DNA from: Bdellovibrionales bacterium
GTDB lineage: Bacteria > Bdellovibrionota > Bdellovibrionia > Bdellovibrionales > UBA1609
Direction of reading: 5' to 3'
NCBI GenBank assembly: GCA_965203095.1
Contig: OZ241877.1
Coordinates: 1,088,001 to 1,152,000 of the forward strand
Length of the DNA: 64,000 nt
Shown here piece after piece: positions 28,251 through 38,343 of the stretch; the stretch's first letter is position 1, and every line of letters begins with the position of its first letter. The translations under genes and the position numbers were made by a program. The notes below the pieces were generated by a model. It was not told the origin of the DNA, searched no databases, and saw only the letters and a list, made by a program, of their open reading frames with translations.

Positions 28251-30338
28251 TTATTGGGATTTTCCGATCCGTTTTAAAAATGTTTCCCAAGAAAGAATAG
28301 GGATTTTTAACTCCTGGGCTTTTTTTTGTTTAGAACCGGGGTTATCTCCCATAAGAAGAAAACTGGTTTTTTGGCTGACCTGGCTCCCTACCGTCCCCCC
28401 TCGATTTTCAATCCATTTTTTAATTTTTTCTCTATGTTCAGGAAATGTGCCTGTAATAACATAAGAAAGCCCCTTTAAACTCTCCTCTTCCTTTTTTAAT
28501 TTAACAAAATGAACCCCATGCTCTGCCAGCCTTTTCAGATCGGAGATGAGATCTTCATTTTGAAAAGCAAAGTGAAAGGATCGGGCAGACAAAGGCCCAA
28601 TGTCCTCAACCTTTTCCAACTCTTCTATAGTCCAGTTTTTTAGCCAAGTGATGGCTTGCCTGAGGCTCAACTCTTTCTCCCCCCATGTTTCATAAATGAC
28701 TTGGCTGATTTTTTGAGCTGATTGCTCCCCAATCAAAGGGATGCCTAAGGCAAAAATCAAACGGGGCAGACTGGTGGATTTGCTCTCTTCCAAACTTTTC
28801 ACTAAAAGTTTGTGAGATTTTTCTCCGAAACCCTCTTTGTTTTGGATGGGCTTATCTTTTAAATCATAAATATCTGAATAACAATTTAACCAGCCCCAAT
28901 CATAGAATTTTTTAAGGCTTTTCTTCCCTAAGAACTCTATATTCATAGCTCCCTTAGAGGCAAAATGTCTAAATTTGTTTTCTTTAATTGCAGGACATTC
29001 CCCATTGGAACAAAGTAGATAATCCCCTTGAGCTTTTAAAACACTTTGGCAAACAGGGCAATTTTCCGGTGGAGGAAAGGTTTTTAAACCTTTTGCTCTT
29101 TTGTCCTTAAGAGCTTTAATCAATTCGGGAATGACATCCCCTGCACGGTGAACCCACACAAAATCTTTTATGCGAATGTCTTTTCGTTTTAGATCTTGGA
29201 AGTTATGCAAACTGGCTTGACGAATTTGCACCCCGCTTAAAGTCAAAGGTTTGAGCTGAGCTACAGGAGTCACAACACCAGTCCGCCCCACTTGTAAACG
29301 AATATCCTCTACTTGAGTGATCCCTCTTTCTGGCGGAAATTTTCCAGCTATAGCCCAGCGGGGGGAACGAGCAATGGCCCCTAACTCTTTTTGTTGTTCA
29401 AAATCATTGACTTTTATAACTATTCCGTCAATTTCAAAGGGGAGTTTATGGCTCAACTCTAAAAGCTGATCATAGCTATCCCCAATCTCCTCTATGGAGT
29501 GAGTGAGACGGCAAAGTTCTAAAGGAGGCTTAAGCTTTTTTGAAGAGCTGATTTGAAAAGAAGCGAAGGAAAAATTTTGAACCCTCCGGACAAACTCTTC
29601 TTGGCTTTTAATATTCAAACCCTGAATACGGCCCGGACTGTGGATGAAACAATAAAGAGGCCGACTGGCTGTCACTTGAGGATCTAACTGCCTTAAAGAA
29701 CCTGCTGACAAATTGCGAGGATTGGCAAATAAAGAGAGGCCCTTCTCCTTTCGTGAAATATTAATTTTTTCAAAATCTTTCTTAAAAATTAACACCTCTC
29801 CTCTAAATTCTAAAAGAGGGGGAAGCGATCCATCCCCCCTTTTTGTTGAAGGCAGAGGCTTGTCTAAACTGAGAGGAAGCCCTTTCAGGGTTTTGATGTT
29901 TGCGGTAATGTCCTCACCCAGCCTCCCATCTCCACGGGTTAAGGCTTGGCTGAGTTGGCCATTTTTATAGATCAACTCAACAGCCATGCCATCCAACTTA
30001 GGCTCTACAAAACAAGTGAGACTTTTTTTATTTAAAAATTTTAAGGTTTTTTCGTAAAAAGCTTTTATCTCCTCTTTAGAGTAGCTGTTTTGTAAAGACA
30101 GCATAGCCAAGCCATGAGGGGCTTTTTTAAATTTTTCCAAAGCCTGCCCAGGCATTTTTTGAGTGGGGGAATCCTCTGTTTTAAGCTCCGGGTATTGGTT
30201 TTCTAAGTGAGCCAGCTTTTTAAACAGCTGGTCGTATTCATAATCCGTTATTTCTGGTTGATCCAAGTTGTAGTAAAGTCGGTCATGATGGCGGATTTGC
30301 TGTTTTAAAGCCTGAATTTTTTTTTGGATAGATTTCAT
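28251..30338 (-). CDS. ligA: NAD-dependent DNA ligase
   Basis: EPKLDG adenylation motif, TRGDG, RGEV, DGIVIKVN, QVGRTG, C4 zinc finger, BRCT. Confidence 0.97.
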   Translation of the reverse strand: MKSIQKKIQALKQQIRHHDRLYYNLDQPEITDYEYDQLFKKLAHLENQYPELKTEDSPTQKMPGQALEKFKKAPHGLAMLSLQNSYSKEEIKAFYEKTLKFLNKKSLTCFVEPKLDGMAVELIYKNGQLSQALTRGDGRLGEDITANIKTLKGLPLSLDKPLPSTKRGDGSLPPLLEFRGEVLIFKKDFEKINISRKEKGLSLFANPRNLSAGSLRQLDPQVTASRPLYCFIHSPGRIQGLNIKSQEEFVRRVQNFSFASFQISSSKKLKPPLELCRLTHSIEEIGDSYDQLLELSHKLPFEIDGIVIKVNDFEQQKELGAIARSPRWAIAGKFPPERGITQVEDIRLQVGRTGVVTPVAQLKPLTLSGVQIRQASLHNFQDLKRKDIRIKDFVWVHRAGDVIPELIKALKDKRAKGLKTFPPPENCPVCQSVLKAQGDYLLCSNGECPAIKENKFRHFASKGAMNIEFLGKKSLKKFYDWGWLNCYSDIYDLKDKPIQNKEGFGEKSHKLLVKSLEESKSTSLPRLIFALGIPLIGEQSAQKISQVIYETWGEKELSLRQAITWLKNWTIEELEKVEDIGPLSARSFHFAFQNEDLISDLKRLAEHGVHFVKLKKEEESLKGLSYVITGTFPEHREKIKKWIENRGGTVGSQVSQKTSFLLMGDNPGSKQKKAQELKIPILSWETFLKRIGKSQ

Positions 30339-30415
30339 CAGCTCTATTGTTTAAATTTAGTCCATGACATTTTAATAGGTTGTTTTTCAAACAGAATCAG
30401 TATAAAGTAGCCTTT

Positions 30416-30703
30416 ATGGAAATCAATAACAAACTTTTAGAAAAACTGGCTCAGCTCTCCGCTCTTCATTTAAGTGAAGAGGAAAAGCAGGACATGCGAC
30501 AATATCTTCAAGAAACCTTATCTCATTTTGAAAAGATAAGAAAAATAGACACAAAAAATATTCCGCCTTTAGTAAGCCCACTTAAGCCCCCTTTGTTAAT
30601 CCGAAAAGATCAAGTCCAAAACTTTCCCGAAAAGGAAAAGCTTTTGGCTCAAGCTCATACAAAACAAGGAGCTTTGGTTAAAACCCCTCCTGCGGTGGAG
30701 TAG
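30416..30703 (+). CDS. gatC: Asp/Glu-tRNA amidotransferase subunit C
   Basis: LAQLSALHLSEEE, IDTKNIPP, RKD; ATG at 30416; precedes gatA and gatB. Confidence 0.9.
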   Translation: MEINNKLLEKLAQLSALHLSEEEKQDMRQYLQETLSHFEKIRKIDTKNIPPLVSPLKPPLLIRKDQVQNFPEKEKLLAQAHTKQGALVKTPPAVE

Positions 30704-30704
30704 T

Positions 30705-32123
30705 ATGGATTTTTTCAGTCTCAGTGAAATTCAAAAACAAATAAAGGAAAAAAAACTTTCTGCAAAAGAGGTTTTTGATTTTTATTTAAAAAAAATCAAT
30801 AAACACAACGGGGATCTGAACGCCTTTTTAACTTTAAATGAAAATTTCACAGAGGCAGAAGGCCCTTTAAAAGGCATTCCTTTAGGTATTAAGGATATGT
30901 TTTGTGTAAAAGGCATGAGGACAACTGCTGGATCCCGTGCTTTGGAAAATTATATCCCCCCCTATACAGCCACTGCTGTGGAAAAGCTGAAAAAAGCCGG
31001 AGCTTTAATTATTGGCAAATGCAACAATGATGAATTTGCTATGGGATCTACAGGGGAAAACTCTTATTTTGGCCCGGTGAAAAATCCTTGGAACCGTCAG
31101 CATTCCGCTGGTGGATCCAGCAGTGGAAGTGCCTGTGCCGTAGCCGGAGGGCTTTGCCCTGCCACTTTGGGCACAGATACTGGTGGTTCTGTTCGCCTTC
31201 CGGCCCATTATTGCCATGTGGTGGGAATTAAGCCGACTTATGGACGAGTGAGTCGCTATGGGATGATTGCCTATGCCTCCAGTTTGGATCAGGCAGGGGT
31301 TTTAAGCCAAACAGTTGAGGATTCCGCTCTGCTTTTAGACATTATCAGTGGCTTTGATCCTTTGGATTCCACAACAGCTCAAAAACCCGCCACTCATTTT
31401 CAGAACAATCTCAACCTGCAAATCAAAAACAAAAAAGTTTTGTTTTTTGATTTATCTCATTTTGAAGACAAAATAGATACTTCTGTCCTGCGGGCACAAA
31501 AAACCTGTTTGGAGATATTAAAAAGTCAAGGTTGCGATCTGGTGGAACGCCCCTGGCCTTTTTTGGAACAGGGGATCTCTGCTTATTACTTGATCTCTGC
31601 CTCTTCTGCTTCCAGCAATTTGGCCCGTTATGACGGTGTTCGCTATGGTCATCAGAGTATGAAAAAAGCAAAAAATCTTCAGGAGTTTTATGCCTTAAAT
31701 CGCTCAGAGGCTTTGGGTTTAGAGGTTCGCCGGCGGATCCTTATGGGGACTTTTTGCCTTTCCACTGGTTATTACGAAGAGTATTTTCATAAAGCGGAAC
31801 AAGTTCGCTATCTGATTCAAAAGGCTTTTGATGAAATATTTTCTCTATGTGATGTGATTCTTTCTCCTGTGGCCAGTGCTCCGGCCCCTCTTTTAGGGGA
31901 AAAGAAAAGCCCTTTGCAAATTTATCTGAATGACCAATTCACTGTATTTGCCAATCTCATAGGGGCACCGGCTCTTAGTTTGCCGGCAGGTTTTTCTAAA
32001 GAGGGCCTTCCCGTAGGGATCCAGTTGATGGCCCAGCCCTTTAGGGAGCAGGCTATTTTGGACACAGCTCACTTTTTAGAGAAAGCACTTAACTTAAACA
32101 AAAAGAGGCCCAATGGATTATAA
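30705..32123 (+). CDS. gatA: Asp/Glu-tRNA amidotransferase subunit A
   Basis: Amidase signature GGSSSGSA, GTDTGGSVR, SNLARYDGVRYG. Confidence 0.96.
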   Translation: MDFFSLSEIQKQIKEKKLSAKEVFDFYLKKINKHNGDLNAFLTLNENFTEAEGPLKGIPLGIKDMFCVKGMRTTAGSRALENYIPPYTATAVEKLKKAGALIIGKCNNDEFAMGSTGENSYFGPVKNPWNRQHSAGGSSSGSACAVAGGLCPATLGTDTGGSVRLPAHYCHVVGIKPTYGRVSRYGMIAYASSLDQAGVLSQTVEDSALLLDIISGFDPLDSTTAQKPATHFQNNLNLQIKNKKVLFFDLSHFEDKIDTSVLRAQKTCLEILKSQGCDLVERPWPFLEQGISAYYLISASSASSNLARYDGVRYGHQSMKKAKNLQEFYALNRSEALGLEVRRRILMGTFCLSTGYYEEYFHKAEQVRYLIQKAFDEIFSLCDVILSPVASAPAPLLGEKKSPLQIYLNDQFTVFANLIGAPALSLPAGFSKEGLPVGIQLMAQPFREQAILDTAHFLEKALNLNKKRPNGL

Positions 32124-33537
32124 AAACTTTTGTCCTGTAATAGGTTTAGAGATTCACGCCCAACTTAAAACTCAGACTAAACTTTTTTCTCCTGATTCGG
32201 CCAGATGGAATGAGAAAGAAAACGACCAGATTCACCCCATAAGCTTAGCTTTGCCGGGAGCTTTGCCTGTTTTAAATGAAGAGGCTTTAAAAATGGCTTT
32301 AAAAACAGGAATGGCTTTTAAAGGGGAGATACAAAAAGTCAGTGTTTTTTCAAGAAAGCATTATTTTTATCCTGATCTGCCCAAGGGTTATCAAATATCT
32401 CAGTCCGACAAGCCTTTTTGCCAAGGGGGTCGGATTGATTTTTTCCTCTCAGGGGAAAAACAATCTGTTGCTTTAGAGAGGATTCATTTAGAAGAGGATG
32501 CTGGGCGATCTTTGCATCGGGGGGATAGCTCTCTTATCAACTTCAATAGGGCGGGGATTCCTCTTTTAGAAATTGTCACAAAGCCTGAAATTCCAAACCC
32601 TCCCACTGCTTCAGCTTGTGCCCGTGCCGTCCGGAGAATGTTAAGGTATTTAGAGGTTTGTGACGGCAATTTAGAGGAAGGCTCGCTTCGTTGCGACTGC
32701 AATGTAAGTGTTCGCCCTAAAGAGCAGACTTCTTTAGGGACAAAGGTGGAGCTAAAAAACATCAACTCTTTTCGTTTTATTGAAAAGGCTTTAACTTATG
32801 AAATTGATCGGCAAATAAATTGTTTAAAGGCGGGAGAGAAGATTCGGCAAGAGACCCGGCTTTATGATCCTCATAAAAACGAAACTCGGCCCATGCGTTT
32901 TAAAGAGACGGCCAGTGATTACCGCTATTTTCCCGATCCTGATCTCCCTTTTGTGGAGTGGGATCCTGATCTTTTAAAACATTTAAAGCTCCCTGAATTG
33001 GCTTATGAAAAAACAAAACGATTTATCAAAAACTACAACTTAACAACTGAAGAGGCCTCCTATTTGACAGAGGATAAAAGCTCAGCTGATTATTTTGAAC
33101 AAGTGGCTCAAATCAGCCCCGATCCGCAAGTGGTCAGCCATTGGTTTCGTGGGGAATTGCAGGCCCATTTAAAAGAGAAAAAGCAAAATTCATGCCCTAT
33201 TTCAGTGGAGGACTTTTCGCAGTTGTTTCAGCTCATTTCAAAGGGGGACATTTCCAACAAAATGGCTAAAGAGATCTTTGCTGAAATGTGGGACACAAAA
33301 CAAGCCCCACAAAAAATCATTCAGAAGAAAAACTTAAAACAAATTTCTGATGAAGGCCAGTTAAAAGAAATTGTGAGTCAAATATTGCTTGAACATCCCT
33401 CGCAACTTAAGGATTACAAAAAGGGCAGGACCAAACTTTTTGGTTTTTTTGTGGGGCAGGTAATGAAACAAACTCAAGGGCAAGCCAACCCTCAAAAGCT
33501 GGCGAAAATTTTAAAACAAAAACTGGGTGAATCTTGA
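32113..33537 (+). CDS. gatB: Asp/Glu-tRNA amidotransferase subunit B
   Basis: IGLEIHAQL, YFYPDLPKGYQISQ, HLEEDAG, DYRYFPDPDL, GFFVGQVMK. Confidence 0.97.
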   Translation: MDYKNFCPVIGLEIHAQLKTQTKLFSPDSARWNEKENDQIHPISLALPGALPVLNEEALKMALKTGMAFKGEIQKVSVFSRKHYFYPDLPKGYQISQSDKPFCQGGRIDFFLSGEKQSVALERIHLEEDAGRSLHRGDSSLINFNRAGIPLLEIVTKPEIPNPPTASACARAVRRMLRYLEVCDGNLEEGSLRCDCNVSVRPKEQTSLGTKVELKNINSFRFIEKALTYEIDRQINCLKAGEKIRQETRLYDPHKNETRPMRFKETASDYRYFPDPDLPFVEWDPDLLKHLKLPELAYEKTKRFIKNYNLTTEEASYLTEDKSSADYFEQVAQISPDPQVVSHWFRGELQAHLKEKKQNSCPISVEDFSQLFQLISKGDISNKMAKEIFAEMWDTKQAPQKIIQKKNLKQISDEGQLKEIVSQILLEHPSQLKDYKKGRTKLFGFFVGQVMKQTQGQANPQKLAKILKQKLGES

Positions 33538-34433
33538 GAGTTGCAGGAATAGATATTGGCTCTAACACAAGCCTTCTTTTAGTGATGGAAAAAACTCCAG
33601 AGGGTTTTGAGGTTCTTTCTGATGAAATTTATTTTACTCGTTTAGCAGAAAACATTGAACGGACATCCTGTTTTAGTGAAAGTGCTTTGATTCGTTTGGA
33701 ATCGGCTTTTTCCACAATGAGGAAAATACTTGATTTTAGGCCAGTGGATTTTATGTCTATTGTGGCCACCAGTGCGTCCCGGCAGGCAAAAAATAAAAAC
33801 CGCCTGTTTGAATTGGGTGAAAAATACAATCTATCCCCAATAAAAATCATTTCCCCTCAAAAGGAGGCTCATCTGACATTTATAGGAGCTTTTTTTGGTT
33901 TGGGTTGTGAGCCTCGTTACCCTTTAGTTGTGGATATTGGTGGAGGCTCTACGGAATTGATCAGCCCTAAATCCTATTGGAGTTTAAGGATGGGAAGTGT
34001 CTCTCTAACAGAAAATTTTTTAAGCTTGTCAGGTCTCACTTCAGAGGAGAGGCAAAACCTCAGCCGATATATTCAACAGAGGCTTAAACCTTTAGAGTCT
34101 TTTTTAAAAGAGGATTATACTGCTGTGATTTTTACAGCGGGAACTCCTACCACTCTAGCTTTTATGGAAAAGGAAACTGCTGATTCCAACCATGTCCATG
34201 GCTTATTACTAACAGAAGATAAGGCTCAGTTTTGGTTGGAAAAACTATCCACCATGAGTGTGGAGGAGAGGAAAGATATCCCCTATCTGCCAGAGCATCG
34301 GGCCGATGTGATTGTGGCAGGTCTTAGTCTTCTGACAGAAATTTTAAAAAAGACAGGGAAAAAGGAATTTATCGTCTCCGCCACAGGTGTTCGTTATGGT
34401 CTGGCTTTAGAGCGTTTTCAAATGGCTGTTTGA
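33534..34433 (+). CDS. Ppx/GppA family phosphatase
   Basis: IDIGSNT, ATSASR, DIGGGSTE, RADVIVAG, GVRYG. Confidence 0.9.
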   Translation: MRVAGIDIGSNTSLLLVMEKTPEGFEVLSDEIYFTRLAENIERTSCFSESALIRLESAFSTMRKILDFRPVDFMSIVATSASRQAKNKNRLFELGEKYNLSPIKIISPQKEAHLTFIGAFFGLGCEPRYPLVVDIGGGSTELISPKSYWSLRMGSVSLTENFLSLSGLTSEERQNLSRYIQQRLKPLESFLKEDYTAVIFTAGTPTTLAFMEKETADSNHVHGLLLTEDKAQFWLEKLSTMSVEERKDIPYLPEHRADVIVAGLSLLTEILKKTGKKEFIVSATGVRYGLALERFQMAV

Positions 34434-34548
34434 TTTTTTATTCAGTCCTGCATATAAAACTGATCTAATAGTTCCTACCAGCTGACACATAAAAACAGCT
34501 GAGCTTTTAAAACTCCCATCCGATTTTCCCTTCATTTTCAAAATCAAG

Positions 34549-34624
34549 TGGTGGCTCGGAACGGAATCGAACCGCCGACACAAAGATTTTCAGTCTTCTG
34601 CTCTACCGACTGAGCTACCGAGCC
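34549..34624 (-). tRNA. tRNA-Phe (GAA)
   Basis: Reverse complement GGCTCGGTAGCTCAGTCGGTAGAGCAGAAGACTGAAAATCTTTGTGTCGGCGGTTCGATTCCGTTCCGAGCCACCA: 76-nt cloverleaf with encoded CCA. Confidence 0.97.
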
Positions 34625-34760
34625 TTTATCTTAGTCTTTAATCAGATTTTAGCTCATCTGGCAAGAAAAACCAGTAGGTTTAAATTCTATTTCATATTGC
34701 ACAGAGGCCAGAAGATTTTAAAACTGAGCTAAAAAACTTAAGGAACTCTTTTACAGGCGA

Positions 34761-35891
34761 TTAAGCGGAAGAATGAGCTAAAGCCTGTTTCAGATCCTGG
34801 ATAAGATCATCTTTATTCTCTAAGCCTAAGCTCAAACGGATGAGGCCAGCTGTCACTTTGGAGTGACTATGGGAGCTATGGGTCATTGTGAGAGGATGTT
34901 CGGCCAAAGATTCTACAGCACCTAAGCTTTCTGCCAAAGTGAAAATTTTTAGACTTTTCAAAAATTTTACTGCCGGAGCTTGTCCTCCTTTGATTAAAAA
35001 ACTCAACATACCTCCAAAACCAGACATTTGCTTTTTGGCTAACAAATGCCCTGGATGCTCCGGAAGGCCCGGATATAAAAGCTGTTCCACTTGAGTATGT
35101 TGGCTTAAAAATTCTGCAATATGAAAAGCGTTTTCCTCATGCCTTTTCATTCTCACACTTAAAGTTTTTAAACTTCTTAAAAGAAGATAGGAGTCAAAAG
35201 GAGAGAGCACTGGCCCAATCGTTTTGTTGAAAAAAGAAAGAGATTTTTTTAAATCCATCCCCTTGCAAACCAATAAGCCAGCCAAGCAGTCACTGTGCCC
35301 ACCAATGTATTTTGTGGCCGAGTGTATTACAATATCTGCCCCCAAATTTAAGGGTTTTTGAAAAAAGGGGCTGGCAAAAGTATTATCCACAACCAATAAA
35401 GTGTTTTTAGCTTTGGCCTGTGCCACTGCTTTTATATCAATGATTTTTAAAAGAGGATTGGTCGGGCTTTCTAACCAAATCATCTTAACTTCAGGTTTTT
35501 GATTCCAACTCACTTTTTCTAATTTGGAAAAATCTAAAGTTTGCACTTTAAGGCCCTGCACCCGCTCAAGATGTTTTAAAAGGCGAAGAGTCCCTCCATA
35601 AAGATCTTCCTCTGCTAAAACCAGATCTCCGGGATTTAAAAGCTGAAGGATAAGGTGCATGGCCGAACAACCGGAAGAAAGAGCTAAGGCAAAATCCCCC
35701 CCCTCTAACTCTGCAAAGCATTTTTCTAAAGTGTGCCTTGTGGGGGTAGACACTCTGGAATACTCATACTCTGAGGGCTGGCCCGGTTCTTTTTGGGCAA
35801 AAGTAGTGGCGGTGACAATAGCTGGAGTCACAGCTCCTGTTTTTTTATCTATTTGTTGCCCTGCATGAATGGCTTTGGTTTCAAACTTCAT
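34761..35891 (-). CDS. Cystathionine gamma-lyase/synthase (trans-sulfuration PLP enzyme)
   Basis: MKFETKAIHAG, YEYSR, ESPTNP, DNTFASP, HSATKYIGGHSD, LAESLG; ATG at 35891. Confidence 0.92.
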   Translation of the reverse strand: MKFETKAIHAGQQIDKKTGAVTPAIVTATTFAQKEPGQPSEYEYSRVSTPTRHTLEKCFAELEGGDFALALSSGCSAMHLILQLLNPGDLVLAEEDLYGGTLRLLKHLERVQGLKVQTLDFSKLEKVSWNQKPEVKMIWLESPTNPLLKIIDIKAVAQAKAKNTLLVVDNTFASPFFQKPLNLGADIVIHSATKYIGGHSDCLAGLLVCKGMDLKKSLSFFNKTIGPVLSPFDSYLLLRSLKTLSVRMKRHEENAFHIAEFLSQHTQVEQLLYPGLPEHPGHLLAKKQMSGFGGMLSFLIKGGQAPAVKFLKSLKIFTLAESLGAVESLAEHPLTMTHSSHSHSKVTAGLIRLSLGLENKDDLIQDLKQALAHSSA

Positions 35892-35944
35892 TTTTGCTCC
35901 TAAGAGATAAGATTTTTTTGGCACAACTTAGAAAGAAAGTTTTT

Positions 35945-37867
35945 TCACCTGCTACCGTTTTTAGATCGGGGGCGAGACCCAGCACCTTCAGTATCATATC
36001 TGGTTTGAGTAGGTTCATCTAAGTAGCCATTATGCTTTTTTATTCTCTCACATTTTTTAACCACGCGATCATCAGAGGAGCAATTGCAATCGTCATTTGC
36101 AATGTTTATTTTGTCCGCATAATCCGCTAAAGCCCCTGAGGCTTGGGACATTTCGTCCATATCCTCTTTTACCCCTTTAGATTTTAAATAAGCGATAAGC
36201 TCCCTTTCACGAGTAAGCTCCATCTGTTTTTGCATAAGCTGTTGCTTTGTAATGGACAACTGCCTTTGCAAAACAAAAATATCCTTGGATTGAGTGAGTA
36301 GGATTTTTTTTGCTCTTTCGTATTGTTGGGTCGCCTCTTGATATTTTTTTTGATGTGCAGATAAAACTCTGTTCATCCTTTGAGCATAACTTTGGACCAA
36401 CTGATTTTGTTCTTGAGTGGCCTGCTGGTTGAGTTGAGCCAACTGCTGTTTCGTTATTTGCAAATTGGCTTGATACTGTTCTTGTTTTTGCTCAATCAAT
36501 CTCAAACTTTGTTGGTAGCTGTCAGCCACTTCTTTAAAATCTGTAGCTCTTCTTTTTAGGCAATCTGAGTGATATCTCCTCAACAAAGAGTTCTCTATAG
36601 AGGCAAAAGATCTCCTCTTTTTGTTGAGCAGGGTGGAAAGAGAGATTTGCAAACTTCCGCTCCGGATGGCCTTCTTCCTTTTTTGTCTATATCGGGCCAA
36701 CCGGGCTTGAGATTGGCTTTCGCACTCCATAACGATTTTCCGCCTTTCCCTCCGGTAATTCCTATTGGCTTGGGCAGTGGCATTTTCAAACTCATGTGAG
36801 ATTTTTAAAGATTCATTGAGTTTAGCTTGAATTGAGGACATAGCTTGAGAGACCGCTTGAGAGATTTTCGCTTTGTTTTGCGTAAGCTCAGCCTCTAACT
36901 CTGCCTTTGCCTGCTCTGTTTCTCTCTCAAATTTTTTTGTTTCAGTGAGAAAAGTCTCTTCTATCTCATTGAGATTTTGGTTCAGTTGGTTTTCTTTTTC
37001 CACAATATCTTGTTCTGATTCTTGAATTTTCTCTTCCAACTCTTCTATACTGTCATTGATTTTGTCTCTTTTTTCTTTAGCGGTTTTAAGATCTTCCCCC
37101 GACTGTGCCGGGCATTTTGTTTGGCTATGGATCCTCACACAATCGTATTCTCCAAAGTTCTCTTCAGTAGGGCACATTTCACAAGCAGTAATGGCCGAAG
37201 AGCAACGGATCTTGCCACCGGAAAACTCTTGGCATTCTCTTGTAAATTCCGAATGGGCAGAGCTCATTTCTTTAACTGCTGTTTCACATTTTTCCGCTCG
37301 TCTTAATTTCTTTTCATAAAGGTTGATCTCCTCCTCACATTCCCTGATTTGCTGGATATATTTTTCTTTTATATCTGTTAATGTCTCTTCTATTTTAGAC
37401 AACCTTTCAAGCTCTCCTTGTTTACTCCTTAATCGAGAGATGATACCTTCCGTAGCTGATTCTTGGTTTTCAGTAATTTTGAGGCAAGGGGACTCATCCC
37501 CTGGATTGTCAGTAGCTGAATCATCAGATGGATCCCCATTAGTAGAGGCTAATATAGTTCTTTGTTCAGCTATAGCCGATGGGAATGGTCCAGTTATTGG
37601 CAAATTTGTTTGGGTTTTAGGTTGATCCGGCGAGCTTCCGGCTGAAGGTAGAGGTTGTGTTCTGCTTTTAACCGCTGTATCAGTTGATTCACTGCCTCTT
37701 TCATCTGCATTCGGCTTTTCAGCCCATGCGGGATGGAGGAGCTTATTTTGAGCTAAAAAAAATATTTGGCCTGTTTTTAAGTATTTCTGCTTTTCTGGCC
37801 AAAGGCTTAGGCCCAGCAGTAAAGCAAAAAGCAGGAAAAAAAGTAAAGTTTTTTTATAAAGAAACAC
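35945..37867 (-). CDS. Hypothetical membrane-anchored/exported coiled-coil protein with Cys clusters
   Basis: N-terminal hydrophobic helix, S/T/P linker, long Q/E/K coiled coil, Cys-rich patches. Confidence 0.65.
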   Translation of the reverse strand: MFLYKKTLLFFLLFALLLGLSLWPEKQKYLKTGQIFFLAQNKLLHPAWAEKPNADERGSESTDTAVKSRTQPLPSAGSSPDQPKTQTNLPITGPFPSAIAEQRTILASTNGDPSDDSATDNPGDESPCLKITENQESATEGIISRLRSKQGELERLSKIEETLTDIKEKYIQQIRECEEEINLYEKKLRRAEKCETAVKEMSSAHSEFTRECQEFSGGKIRCSSAITACEMCPTEENFGEYDCVRIHSQTKCPAQSGEDLKTAKEKRDKINDSIEELEEKIQESEQDIVEKENQLNQNLNEIEETFLTETKKFERETEQAKAELEAELTQNKAKISQAVSQAMSSIQAKLNESLKISHEFENATAQANRNYRRERRKIVMECESQSQARLARYRQKRKKAIRSGSLQISLSTLLNKKRRSFASIENSLLRRYHSDCLKRRATDFKEVADSYQQSLRLIEQKQEQYQANLQITKQQLAQLNQQATQEQNQLVQSYAQRMNRVLSAHQKKYQEATQQYERAKKILLTQSKDIFVLQRQLSITKQQLMQKQMELTRERELIAYLKSKGVKEDMDEMSQASGALADYADKINIANDDCNCSSDDRVVKKCERIKKHNGYLDEPTQTRYDTEGAGSRPRSKNGSR

Positions 37868-38100
37868 TATAAAAACTATCGGCTATTTTGGCCTAAAACT
37901 CAAGCCCTGTTTTAAATTTCCCCACTTTTTAGCTCAAAAACTTAAAAAAAGCCTTACAAATCCTGCCCTTGACCTTTTTTTAACTCAATGATAAGCTTTT
38001 TAGCTTTTAGGGCCTTCCATAAATTGGTTTTTATGGCTAAAAAGTAGCTAGCCGAACAGTCCGAGAGCTTTATTAGCCAGGTTGTTCACAGGCTACTACT

Positions 38101-38294
38101 TAGCTCTCTGTGAAAAAGCTTTGTCCTTTATCGCATAAGTAAAAGCCAGCGGTGAGGGTCCAAGGTATTGCCGTCCTGAACAAGCTGGACTTTTGCTTAT
38201 GCGATCTATTAAATGTAGACTTTTTTATGGGGGATTAAATATTAACCAGCCAAATAGTCGAGGACTTTTTAACAAGGTTTTTCACGGAGGGCTA
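38101..38294. mobile_element. MITE-like element (194 bp) with imperfect 17-bp terminal inverted repeats
   Basis: TAGCTCTCTGTGAAAAA versus the reverse complement of TTTTTCACGGAGGGCTA (15/17); internal IR TCGCATAAGTAAAAG...CTTTTGCTTATGCGA; segments shared with the 4.2 kb and 27.0 kb copies. Confidence 0.65.
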
Positions 38295-38343
38295 AACAAA
38301 AATAGCTTTTAAAAAAACAACATACAATGTATGAAAATCTATT

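Noticed and set aside
28190..28251. TPP riboswitch upstream of the thiB-like gene
   Set aside because: Only 60 bp separate ligA and thiB, with no aptamer-like motifs
34549..34624. tRNA-Phe as an island integration site
   Set aside because: Flanked by housekeeping genes; I saw no integrase and no duplicated 3' end
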